A stretch of 64,000 nt of DNA from Candidatus Eiseniibacteriota bacterium. GTDB lineage: Bacteria > Eisenbacteria > RBG-16-71-46 > JABDJR01. The notes under the pieces are model-generated. The model made no database searches and was not told the origin of the DNA. It saw only the letters and a list, made by a program, of their open reading frames with translations. The position numbers and the translations under genes are program-made. Shown here one piece after another: positions 34,901 through 43,138 of this stretch; positions within the stretch are counted from its first letter, which is position 1, and each line of letters starts with the position of its first letter. Location of the stretch: NCBI GenBank assembly GCA_963762255.1, contig CAVXKA010000003.1, positions 320,001 to 384,000 on the forward strand. Reading direction: 5' to 3'.

Positions 34901-37009
34901 CTTCCACTCGAGTTCCTTCACCTCTTCGAAACCGCGGCGGATGACCCGGAAGTTGTCCTCGACCACCTGCACGCCACGATGCCCGAACTTCTTCTCGAGC
35001 TGCTTGCGGATGGTGTCGAAGAGCTTCGTCTCGTCCAGCTTCTCCCGCTGCATGATCGGCGAGGACTTGAAGAACGCGCCCTGGAAGGCCGCGCCCTGCA
35101 TGCGGAACTGGAGGTCGGCCTCATCGGTCTCGGCCTTGGCGATGGCGAACGCGTCGAGGAAGAAGACCCGGATGTTCTTCTCGCGGATCGTGCGCTGCGC
35201 CCAGCGCGGGAGCGAAGACCAGAGTGCTCCCGGAGCTTGATCGTGCTGGATGATGAAGCAGCCACCCTCGCTCAGCCCGCTCAACGGGTTCGAATGCCGG
35301 AACACATTGGGGTCGGGCGAGAGCACCACGTCCACCAGCTTGAGTTCGCAGTTCGTGCGGATCGGAGCGTGCGCGAACACCCCGTAGAACGTGGTGGGCT
35401 GCCCCTTCTTCTCCGAACCGTACTTGGGGTTGGACTTCACGTTCATGCCCAGGAGTTCGAACAGGGTCATGGTGAGGTTCTTGCCCATGGTGATGGCACC
35501 CCACCCGCCGATGGAGTGGATGCGCACCGCGAGCGAGTCCTTGGGAAGCAGGCTGACGTTCTCCTTGGACTCGAGCGCGAGCTCGGCCACCTGCGGATAC
35601 GCCTGGACGATCTTCTCCTGCCAGTCCTTGAGCTTTCCGGTCACGGTTCCCTTGCGGACGAACTCGATGCCGAGGTAGAACTGCCGCTTCTTGGCCCCCT
35701 GCGGGAGCATGTTGTCCACAGCGGCGATGAGATCGCCGGCCTGCAGGTCGCGGCTTCCCATGCCGAAGCAGCCGGAGTAGAACTCGGGCATGTCCTCGGG
35801 GCGGATGGCCGGGATCCCGGCGTGCGGGACGGCCTGGCCGGCGGCGCGGCCGTTCTCCACCGCCTTGGACATGGCGGCCCGGATCTCGCGCATGAGCGGC
35901 GCGTCCACGGCGAGCGGCTGATCCACGCGCTCCAACACCACCGCCCCCTTCTTCCCCTTGAGAATCGACACCAAGAGGTCGCTCGGGAAGGGACGGAACA
36001 TCACGACGTTGACCACGCCGACCTTGACGCCCTTCGAGCGCAGGTAGTCGACCAGCGCCTCGGCGTTGGCCACCAAGGAGCCCTGCCCCACGATCACGTA
36101 CTCGGCATCGTCGGTGAGATAGCCCATCACGCGCGCGTAGCGGCGGCCGGTGAGGGCGCCGTACTCGGCGAAGGCCTGGTCGGCGAGGGCGGCCACGTGG
36201 TCGAAGAAGAAAGGCCGCTGGGAAGCCACACCCTGCGCGTAGCTGTCCTGGTTCTGAACGACGCCGATCATCGCCGGGTTGTCGAAGTCGAACATCTCGG
36301 GGATGCGGCGGCGCTTCTCTCCGAACACCAACTTCTGGGCCGGCGTCGGCGAGGTGATGATGTCGGACGGATCGCCGAGGTATTCCTTGATGAGCGCGCG
36401 CTCGGGCAGCATGAGCGACTCGATGGCGTGGCTGGTGAGGAAACCGTCCTGCGCGCAGATGCCGGGCGTCAACGCCAGCTCCGCGGTGCGGTGGGCGATC
36501 AGGTTGAAGTCGGCCCCGGTCTGGGCGTCCTTCGCGAAGATCTGGAAGAATCCGGTGTCGTCGACGGCGTGGTAGTCGTCATGGCCGGCATGCACGTTGA
36601 GCGCGTGCTTCGTCATCGCCCGGCATGCCATGTTGAGCACGTAGGTCAACCGCTTCCCCACCGCTGCGTAGAGCGACTCGTGCATGTACGCGATGCCCTG
36701 CCCGGAGGAGAAGTTCGCAGAGCGCAGGCCTGCCATCGACATGCCCGCGGTGACGCCGGCGGCGGCGTGCTCGCCCTCCGGCTCGAAGAAGAGAAGCCGG
36801 CGTCCATTCACGTTGAGCTTCCCTTGCGCCGCCGCGACCGCCCATCCCTCGCCCATCTGCGTGGACGGGGTGATGGGGTACGCGCCCGCAGCCTCGCTGG
36901 CCGCGGTCTCCATCTCGACCAGCGCCTGGGTGCCGTCCATGGCCTCCGGGGTGCCGGGATACTTCGGGGTCGAAACCTTCTGCTCGAGTTCCTGCGTGGC
37001 CTTCATCAC
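32000..37009 (-). CDS. pyruvate:ferredoxin oxidoreductase, single-chain, with C-terminal extra ferredoxin
   Basis: YPITPSTQMGE, SCMGCGEK, NSTGCSSVWG, GGDGAMLDIG, YSNTGGQ, TPCQAEHG; C-terminal CTTCNEC...C after an Ala/Pro linker. Confidence 0.92.
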   Translation of the reverse strand: MMKATQELEQKVSTPKYPGTPEAMDGTQALVEMETAASEAAGAYPITPSTQMGEGWAVAAAQGKLNVNGRRLLFFEPEGEHAAAGVTAGMSMAGLRSANFSSGQGIAYMHESLYAAVGKRLTYVLNMACRAMTKHALNVHAGHDDYHAVDDTGFFQIFAKDAQTGADFNLIAHRTAELALTPGICAQDGFLTSHAIESLMLPERALIKEYLGDPSDIITSPTPAQKLVFGEKRRRIPEMFDFDNPAMIGVVQNQDSYAQGVASQRPFFFDHVAALADQAFAEYGALTGRRYARVMGYLTDDAEYVIVGQGSLVANAEALVDYLRSKGVKVGVVNVVMFRPFPSDLLVSILKGKKGAVVLERVDQPLAVDAPLMREIRAAMSKAVENGRAAGQAVPHAGIPAIRPEDMPEFYSGCFGMGSRDLQAGDLIAAVDNMLPQGAKKRQFYLGIEFVRKGTVTGKLKDWQEKIVQAYPQVAELALESKENVSLLPKDSLAVRIHSIGGWGAITMGKNLTMTLFELLGMNVKSNPKYGSEKKGQPTTFYGVFAHAPIRTNCELKLVDVVLSPDPNVFRHSNPLSGLSEGGCFIIQHDQAPGALWSSLPRWAQRTIREKNIRVFFLDAFAIAKAETDEADLQFRMQGAAFQGAFFKSSPIMQREKLDETKLFDTIRKQLEKKFGHRGVQVVEDNFRVIRRGFEEVKELEWKSLGENAGEDKARADLEAPWYLRDTDTAEGIADPYRFMGQVCALYGTGDDPIADPFSAISAIPAASGIFRDMTGIRFEVPEFVADKCTGCGQCWTQCPDAAIPGLVSEIEDVIRAAAYAGTDSVPSAAMKTLFPGLARESRRLLKDEPTFTTFAATLTRAYEKVVKEAQLADAERKSLDEEFDALARRIREFPLAKTVPFFTGPEKRKEGSGGLLSVTINPYACKGCNLCVEVCPDNALVTIKQDDATVAKLKRNWAVWEKLPDTPARFIQISDIDEGIGVLNTLLLTKKNFHSMVGGDGSCMGCGEKTGMHLVVSAIEAHMQPRVAGFVAKLEALEKQLEKKVSEILVATTDLNEVAATGTVHVDMHVQGPERERLGRLHALIRDIRDLRWRYTTGPSGRGRASLGIANSTGCSSVWGSTYPYNPYPYPWTNHLFQDAPSIAIGIFEGLMRKMSDAFASVRKAEIEIADSFDAAKHGKFFEAFDWRQFSDDEFRLCPPMLAVGGDGAMLDIGFQNVSRLLASGKPIRVVVLDTQVYSNTGGQACTSGFHGQISDMAAYGAASHGKEEQRKEMALIAMAHRNSYVLQTSQALPAHLIGGVLRGLNSRRPALFNIYTPCQAEHGLPDSGSAHAAKLALESRAYPYLVYDPDAGETLAERLNLDGNPDLEETWPTYELTYVEEDGSEKTMSLPLTVADWAATEPRFGRHFKPIARAKWSDAMVPFHELVAMAPADRQGKIPYIMVVDGKRKLSRLVVSEEIVSLAEDRLAFWGELLELAGVKVSETARYKVAGPLEEEYERKLADLKAQYEAQIADLKERFPALIARRIAEGLMKGDGGDLGIPAAATMAAPARAVAAQAAPAAPVSAAASVAAPASAPVAAAEVAGAMEPYIDSALCTTCNECTNLNPKMFAYNADKQAYIKDAKAGTFKQLVMAAERCSARIIHPGAPLNSKEPDLAKWMKRAEPFN

Positions 37010-37067
37010 ACTTCGCTCCTTGACGGTGCCCGGCCGACGTTGACGGCGGCCGGAGCGGCAACTGACA

Positions 37068-39359
37068 CTACGAATCCGATTCGAGCGCGGAGGGATCGAT
37101 CAAACCCAGGAGGTCCCTGGTCATCTCCTCCACCTGCACTCCCGTCGGGGGGACGCCCCCCGCGGGGACTTCCTGCTCCAACTGCGCGGACTCCACGAGC
37201 CCGAGCAGCTTGGCCGCCACTTCATCCACACTCATCCCGCGCAACCCATCCAACCCGGCGGCCGGGGCGGCAAAGGCGGCGACGTCGATCTCCAAAAGCG
37301 CGGCGGTCATCCGATTGACCGCTTCTTCCCCCGCGCGCCGGCGAACCTGGTCCAGCTCGCGCGCGTGCTCCGTCGACAGCTTCTCGCGATCGTCGAGGGC
37401 CTTGACCTCGTACTCCTCGCGAGCCCGATCGGCGGCTTCCTGAACGTAGGCATTGCGCACACCGGCGAGTTCCTGAAGGGTGCGCCAGTATCCGAGACGG
37501 TCCCGAGTGGCGAGCGCGAGACGCCGGCTCACCGCCAGCCGCGCGAGCCGCCCATCCGGGCCGACGGCCCAGATCATCGGAATCTTCTGCGCCGCCGTCT
37601 CCACGGGGAGGCGCAGATACTCGTGAAGCGGCACCAGGTCCTCGGCGGCGACCCCGCCGGGGACGACCCGGAAGTGGTCTCTATAGGCCGGTTCGAGCAG
37701 CGCGAAGTCGGCGAAGGTGAACCGCAGGAGCATCGTCTCCTCGCCCCCCTCCTCCTTCTTCACCGCCAGCTCGTGCACCGGCCAGTCGTCATCGTTGGCC
37801 GGGTTCTCGTGGAACGTCATCCGACGCGACCACGTCTCCCCCGCCTCGGGGTCGTAGTGGAACACCGGATGCGCGCGACCTTCCAGGGCCGCGGTTAGAA
37901 AGAGCCAGGGGTCCGCCGACGCCGCGGCGCCCCGGGTGCCGTCCGCCACCGCCACCACGTGAAGCGCGGTGTGGGCGGCGTGCAACCCCTTGGCGAAGCC
38001 CTCGAGCATGTGCAGCGGCCGGGCGACTGTGGTCTGCTGCACGACCGCCTCGCGGTGGCTGATGCCGAGATAACCCGGTTCGAAACGGTGCCCGGACAGC
38101 GCGTCCTCCTCCTCGGCGCCGGGGTTCTCGGCGGGATGCCCCAGCAGAAGAACCTGCACCGGACGCCCGGAGAGCAGGAGACGCGACAAGGAGAGCAGTC
38201 CGTCCCCGGCCACCAGCGCCGCGGGCACCACCGCCACGATCGTCGGAATCAGATGAAGCTCGTCGCGCGAGAAGAGTTCCCAGCCAAGCTGGGCGAGCCA
38301 CGGGTCGTGCCGGGCGGGATCGTATCGCTCCGCCAGCTCGAGCCGCGCCATGTGTACCGCTCGCAAGACCTCGGCGACGTCGGTGGCCGCTTCGTCGAAG
38401 CGCTCGGCGGCGGCACGGCAGGGGTCCGCGCTCGGCACCACGTTCCAGCCCGAAAGTGCGAGCCGAAGTTCGGGGGGCGCGATCAGCGTGGGAGCAACAT
38501 GCGCCGAGGACTCGATGTAGCCGTCGAGCTGCTCCAGGGTCAGTTCGAGGCGATCGCGCCTCGCGGCGGGAAGCCCGGCGCCGCCGCGGCGCGTGCTGAG
38601 CATCCCCGAGAGGGCGTCTCCCTTGATGAACTGGCTGCCCACCCCGCCCATGGCGCCGGTGACCGCCTTCTCTTGCGTCCCCTCCGGTCCCTTTGACCGG
38701 TCCACTTCGAGCACGCCGCGGACCTTCTCGGCGAGCATGCTCACCTCGTCGGCGAAGGCGTGCCGGGCCGGGGTGAGGCGCGCGTCGGCGGCGTGGTGCA
38801 GCAGATGAAAGGGCGAGGCGGCGCTGAACGGGAGCAGAAGTCCCTGCGCGGGAACCGAGGCGATCAACGTCTCGATATCCTTCGCCAGTTGTTCGTTCTC
38901 CGCGTTGCCGAGTTTGAGCTCGGCAACCAAAGCCGTGCCGGCTTGCCGCATCGTCTCCGCCGCATCCGCCGGCTCGCTGCTCGCGGCGAGAGCCGCACGT
39001 ACCTGCTTCTCGAGTCGGGGCAGATTGTCGCGCAGCACGCGGGCGGCCTCGTCCTGGGGTACGGCGCGCTTCAGCAGATCAGCCAGGGGAAGGGCCAGGC
39101 GCTCCGGCTCCTCCGTACTCCACGGGGAGAGAAAGAGCGGATAGTCGACCCGCACCTCCTCGGAAGCCAGCAGCGCATGGAGAACCGCCGGCGACATCCC
39201 CGCCGTCGAACTCGGTTCCTTCCCGGCCAATCCGGCCAGGTGAAAGCGCCTCAACTCCGCCAGGAGATCCTGGTTCGTTGACCCGCCCCCTCGAGGAAGC
39301 ACCGGCTTCGAACCACCGGACATCGTCCCCTGCGTCGTGTTCGCCGTCTTGGTAGCCAT
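37068..39359 (-). CDS. degenerate PFOR beta/C-terminal-domain paralogue
   Basis: C-terminal half matches the PFOR tail (LSRLLLSGRPV, ALEGRAHPVFHYDPEAGET, YWRTLQELAG) but has no TPP or Cys motifs. Confidence 0.7.
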   Translation of the reverse strand: MATKTANTTQGTMSGGSKPVLPRGGGSTNQDLLAELRRFHLAGLAGKEPSSTAGMSPAVLHALLASEEVRVDYPLFLSPWSTEEPERLALPLADLLKRAVPQDEAARVLRDNLPRLEKQVRAALAASSEPADAAETMRQAGTALVAELKLGNAENEQLAKDIETLIASVPAQGLLLPFSAASPFHLLHHAADARLTPARHAFADEVSMLAEKVRGVLEVDRSKGPEGTQEKAVTGAMGGVGSQFIKGDALSGMLSTRRGGAGLPAARRDRLELTLEQLDGYIESSAHVAPTLIAPPELRLALSGWNVVPSADPCRAAAERFDEAATDVAEVLRAVHMARLELAERYDPARHDPWLAQLGWELFSRDELHLIPTIVAVVPAALVAGDGLLSLSRLLLSGRPVQVLLLGHPAENPGAEEEDALSGHRFEPGYLGISHREAVVQQTTVARPLHMLEGFAKGLHAAHTALHVVAVADGTRGAAASADPWLFLTAALEGRAHPVFHYDPEAGETWSRRMTFHENPANDDDWPVHELAVKKEEGGEETMLLRFTFADFALLEPAYRDHFRVVPGGVAAEDLVPLHEYLRLPVETAAQKIPMIWAVGPDGRLARLAVSRRLALATRDRLGYWRTLQELAGVRNAYVQEAADRAREEYEVKALDDREKLSTEHARELDQVRRRAGEEAVNRMTAALLEIDVAAFAAPAAGLDGLRGMSVDEVAAKLLGLVESAQLEQEVPAGGVPPTGVQVEEMTRDLLGLIDPSALESDS

Positions 39360-39376
39360 CGAAATCCCCCCGCCGA

Positions 39377-40330
39377 TCAAACGGCGAAGCGGTCCAGTTC
39401 CTTGCTGATCGCGACGAGTTTCTCGTCCGGGCTCATGTCCATGCCCTGGGCGGTGTACTCGTCGTAGCGCGGCGCGTCCGGGTTCCAATAGAAGAGCCCG
39501 ATCGCCATCCGCTCGCCGGGAGTCGCCAGCTCACGCGCGGCGTTGATGTTCGAAGGATCGTGAGAGAGTTGGTTCTTGTACATCCGGGCGACCGCGTTGT
39601 CCACCTGAATACCCTTTTCATGCGTCAGCAGGAGCATGAGATCCGGGTTGCGCTGAAGCTCCTGCCACACACCGGTGGTGTATTGCGGGCAACGTTGCAG
39701 GATATGGACGAAGCTCAGCCCCTTGTGCTCGTGCGCCGCCTTGAGCGTCGCGTAGAGATGAGGCGGATTCCAGTCCACCGTGCGGGCCACGAACGAGGCG
39801 TTGGTGAGCCCCAGCGTCGACTGGATGATGTTGATGGGGGGGAGCCATGCCCCCCTCGGGTGGGTGTTGGTCTTGAGCCCGATCGGGGTGGTGGGCGACG
39901 TCTGCATCTTGGTGAGCCCGTAGATGCTGTTGTCGAACACCATCACCGTCATGTCCATGTTGTAGCGGATGGCATGGACCCAGTGCCCGGCACCTATCGA
40001 GCAGCAGTCGCCGTCCCCCGTGGCCACCCACACATGCAGGTCCGGCCGGCGCGCCTTCACGCCGCAGGCCACCGGCAGCGCGCGCCCGTGGAGGCTGTGG
40101 AACCCGTACGCGTGCATGTAGTGCGGGAACCGGCTCGAGCAGCCGATGCCCGAGATGGACGCGATCTTCTCCGGGGGGATCTGCTTGTCGCGGCAGATCT
40201 TCTGAACCGCGCTCAGGACGGAGTGATCCCCGCAGGAGGGGCACCACCGCGCCGTCCCTCCCTCGTAGCTCTCGAGGGTGAAGTACCGATCGGGAACCTC
40301 GAGAGACCAGTCGAGTTTCACATCGAACAT
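39377..40330 (-). CDS. 2-oxoacid:ferredoxin oxidoreductase beta subunit (KorB-like)
   Basis: WCPSCGD, SGIGCSSR, HGRALP, GDGDCCSIG, YGLTKMQTSPT. Confidence 0.92.
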   Translation of the reverse strand: MFDVKLDWSLEVPDRYFTLESYEGGTARWCPSCGDHSVLSAVQKICRDKQIPPEKIASISGIGCSSRFPHYMHAYGFHSLHGRALPVACGVKARRPDLHVWVATGDGDCCSIGAGHWVHAIRYNMDMTVMVFDNSIYGLTKMQTSPTTPIGLKTNTHPRGAWLPPINIIQSTLGLTNASFVARTVDWNPPHLYATLKAAHEHKGLSFVHILQRCPQYTTGVWQELQRNPDLMLLLTHEKGIQVDNAVARMYKNQLSHDPSNINAARELATPGERMAIGLFYWNPDAPRYDEYTAQGMDMSPDEKLVAISKELDRFAV

Positions 40331-42240
40331 GCCGCAGCTCCTTTGGTGGCGTCGAGCCGGTGCTTGAGTTCCTTGTAGATGCGTCCGGGAGGCAGCGGCG
40401 CACCGGGAATGATGGACCAGCAATCCACGTCCACGAGCGTGGCCTGACGCAGGATCTGAGCGAGCTGAGCCCGCCGCCGGTTCTCCGGCGTAACGAACGG
40501 GTCATCCGCACGGTCGCTGTAGTTGATCTCCACGGTCATCACCCGCTTGAAGCCGGCGAACATCTCGGTCAGGCCCGGTTCCAGCGGCGAGAGGAAGTGA
40601 AGGTGGGTCGAGGAGACCTTGTGGCCCTCGGCGCGCAGCCGGCTCACCGCCTCTTCGATGCTCCCCTTCGTCGACCCCCAGCCCACCACCAGCAGATCGC
40701 CGGTGGGATCGCCGTGCAGCGGCGGCGGCACCAGCGTGCTCTGCAACGCCGCCAGTTTTCGGCTGCGCATGTCGCAGCCTTTCTGGTTCGACGTCGGGTC
40801 GTAGGCGACCTTGCTCCAGCGCGTGTGCGCGAGGCCGGTGAGCGTGTACTCCCCGCCGCGCTGACCCGGGATGGGCCGGCGGGAAAGCCCCGTCTTCTCG
40901 TCCCAGTCGTAGGGCGCGACCCCTTCCTCCCAGTTGGATTGGTCGATGGGAAGGGCCAGCCATTCCATGCGCGGCTCCGGCCGCGGGAAGGGTTGGACTC
41001 CGGTGGCGAGGTTGGCGTCGGTCAGGACCAGCACCGGCGTGCGGAAGTCCTCGGCGAGCTTGCGCGCGAGGATCACGAAGTGGAAGCACTCGGCGATGGT
41101 GGCAGGCGCGATCACGACCTTGGGTGCATCGCCGGCCGCCGCAAAGAGTGCCGCCAGCAGATCTCCCTGCTCCACCTTGGTCGGCAGCCCCGTGCTGGGC
41201 CCGCCGCGCTGCACGTCCACGATCACCAGCGGCACCTCGCACATGGCGGCAAGCCCGATGAACTCGGTCTTGAGCGCGAGGCCGGGACCCGAAGTGATCG
41301 TGCAGGCGGTCTTGCCCGCGTAGCTCGATCCGATGGCGAAGCCGATCGCGGCGATCTCGTCCTCCGCCTGATGCAGGCAGCCGCCCACCTTGTGGTAGAC
41401 GCTGGCGACGTAATGGGAGGCCGAGGTCGCGGGGGTGATCGGGTACATGGCCAGGACTTCCATGCCGGCGGCCATCACGCCCATTCCCACCGCCTGGTTC
41501 CCGTTCATGACCACGAGCGGCTCGTCGTGGGGCCACGGCGGAACCTCGTAGGCCAGCCCAATGTTACGCGCCGCAAACTCGTAGCCCGCGCGAAGGAGGT
41601 TCTTGTTGAGATCGACAACCTCCTTGCTCTTGCGGTGGAAGATGTACTCGACCTCTTCGTAGGCCCGGGCCAGATCGCGGTCATAGATCTGGCAGAGCAT
41701 CCCGAGCACGAACATGTTCTTGCCCAGCTTCGGGTTCGAGGTGACCTCCATGCAGGCCTGCTCGATGGCGATCTCGTGGACGGTGAAGCCCCGATCCCGG
41801 AACTCCTTGACCGCGGTCGCGTACTGGGCGCGGATCTCGTCCAGGGGGTCTTCCGCCCACTTGTTTTCCAGCAAGATCACCGTGCTCTTCCCGAACGCGC
41901 CCTCGGCGATGCGCCCGTAGAGCACCTGCTCGTTGAACGCCACCACGAGGTCGGCCTCGTCACCCATGTTGGTGACGTAGCTCGAGCCCAGGCGCACGCG
42001 GATGCCGCTCGCGCCCGCGGGCGAGCGCGCCGGCGGCTTGATCTCCGCCGGAATGATTTCCACCGTCCACACGCCGTTGCCCATCTTTGCGCAGACCGTG
42101 CCGAAGACCTGGCCCGCCTTCTGGGCGCCTTCTCCCGAGTCGCTCACGATCTCGACGATGTGCTCGTCGATCCGCTTGCGCGACGTGCCGGTCGGCGTCT
42201 GGCCTTTCGCCGTGGCTGTCTTCGCTTCATCCGGAGTCAT
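40318..42240 (-). CDS. 2-oxoacid:ferredoxin oxidoreductase alpha subunit with fused gamma domain (KorA-like)
   Basis: DSGEGAQ, YPITPATS, QAEDEIAA, TSGPG, QRGGPSTGLPTK. Confidence 0.92.
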   Translation of the reverse strand: MTPDEAKTATAKGQTPTGTSRKRIDEHIVEIVSDSGEGAQKAGQVFGTVCAKMGNGVWTVEIIPAEIKPPARSPAGASGIRVRLGSSYVTNMGDEADLVVAFNEQVLYGRIAEGAFGKSTVILLENKWAEDPLDEIRAQYATAVKEFRDRGFTVHEIAIEQACMEVTSNPKLGKNMFVLGMLCQIYDRDLARAYEEVEYIFHRKSKEVVDLNKNLLRAGYEFAARNIGLAYEVPPWPHDEPLVVMNGNQAVGMGVMAAGMEVLAMYPITPATSASHYVASVYHKVGGCLHQAEDEIAAIGFAIGSSYAGKTACTITSGPGLALKTEFIGLAAMCEVPLVIVDVQRGGPSTGLPTKVEQGDLLAALFAAAGDAPKVVIAPATIAECFHFVILARKLAEDFRTPVLVLTDANLATGVQPFPRPEPRMEWLALPIDQSNWEEGVAPYDWDEKTGLSRRPIPGQRGGEYTLTGLAHTRWSKVAYDPTSNQKGCDMRSRKLAALQSTLVPPPLHGDPTGDLLVVGWGSTKGSIEEAVSRLRAEGHKVSSTHLHFLSPLEPGLTEMFAGFKRVMTVEINYSDRADDPFVTPENRRRAQLAQILRQATLVDVDCWSIIPGAPLPPGRIYKELKHRLDATKGAAACSM

Positions 42241-42339
42241 GAATTTCCCCTGTCGTTTGAGTCCATTCGATCGAATCGGCCCGGCGAAGAGGCGGGGACC
42301 GGTGCCGCGCCACAGACCCGCGCGGGATGGGTAGTACCG

Positions 42340-42780
42340 TTAGCTGCTTTCCCCCAGGTCGGTGTACATGGCATCGCCCAGGAGCGCAGTCTCCCGCGAT
42401 TCGTGCAGGCGCAATGCCTCGGAAAAAGTCGTCACATCGCGCAGGACAGCGGCCAGCGGTCCGTCCACGCACTGGCGGGCCCTCTCGGTCACGCCATCGA
42501 TGGCGGTCAGAAGTCTCTGATGATCGTCGAAAAGGCGCTGCATATAGGTCAGGAGATGGGGCGCGGAGTCCCCCACCACCTGATGGAGTCCAGCCGGACC
42601 TTCCTCGTGGGCGAAGTGGAGTTCGAGTCGGGCGCGCAACTCGTTCAGCATGGGGATCAGAATCTTGAGATCGCTCGTGCACTCGAGGCGGTCAAGGGTC
42701 TCCTTGAGCGCCTTGTGCTCCTGCTGGATCGACTGTCCACCCCCCGATCCCGATTCAAGACCGGTTTTGTGCGCTTTCAT
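42340..42780 (-). CDS. hemerythrin (HHE) domain protein
   Basis: EHKAL, HFAHEE, DDHQRL, HESRE ligand pattern; GAGGGAG RBS. Confidence 0.75.
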   Translation of the reverse strand: MKAHKTGLESGSGGGQSIQQEHKALKETLDRLECTSDLKILIPMLNELRARLELHFAHEEGPAGLHQVVGDSAPHLLTYMQRLFDDHQRLLTAIDGVTERARQCVDGPLAAVLRDVTTFSEALRLHESRETALLGDAMYTDLGESS

Positions 42781-43138
42781 AACTCCCTCATCACCTTGGC
42801 GTTTGGCCGCCACAAGGCGGGGCCCGCCCCACGACTTGGGGACGAGTCTATCCGAATTCCGACAGATACTTGCACAGTTCGCCATACCCTCACCAATTCG
42901 TTTTCGCGAAGCGGCTGTTCTAGATAGCGTAAGGATGTAAAGCCGACCAAATTTGTAGGCAATGATCCAGTCGCCCCCTCTGGGTCGGATCCCCCACGTT
43001 CGATTTCGAGGTCGGCCTGCGCGCCGCACCACGGCTGGACCGGTCCAATCCTGGTAGAATTGTGGTCACCAACGAGATGGGATCGCAGGCAGCCCGCGCG
43101 GCTCGCCTGCCCGGCGGACATCACAGGGAGTGCACAGC

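Noticed and set aside
31583-37318. 1911-aa plus-strand ORF, and similar long antisense ORFs such as 52202-56251 (-) and 40360-42927 (+)
   Set aside because: They are shadows of well-supported genes on the opposite strand; high GC suppresses stop codons and the translations show no motifs
42930-42965. Possible promoter TTGCCT-N17-TACATC for the hemerythrin-PFOR-Rnf operon
   Set aside because: The -10 lacks the conserved final T; too weak to call
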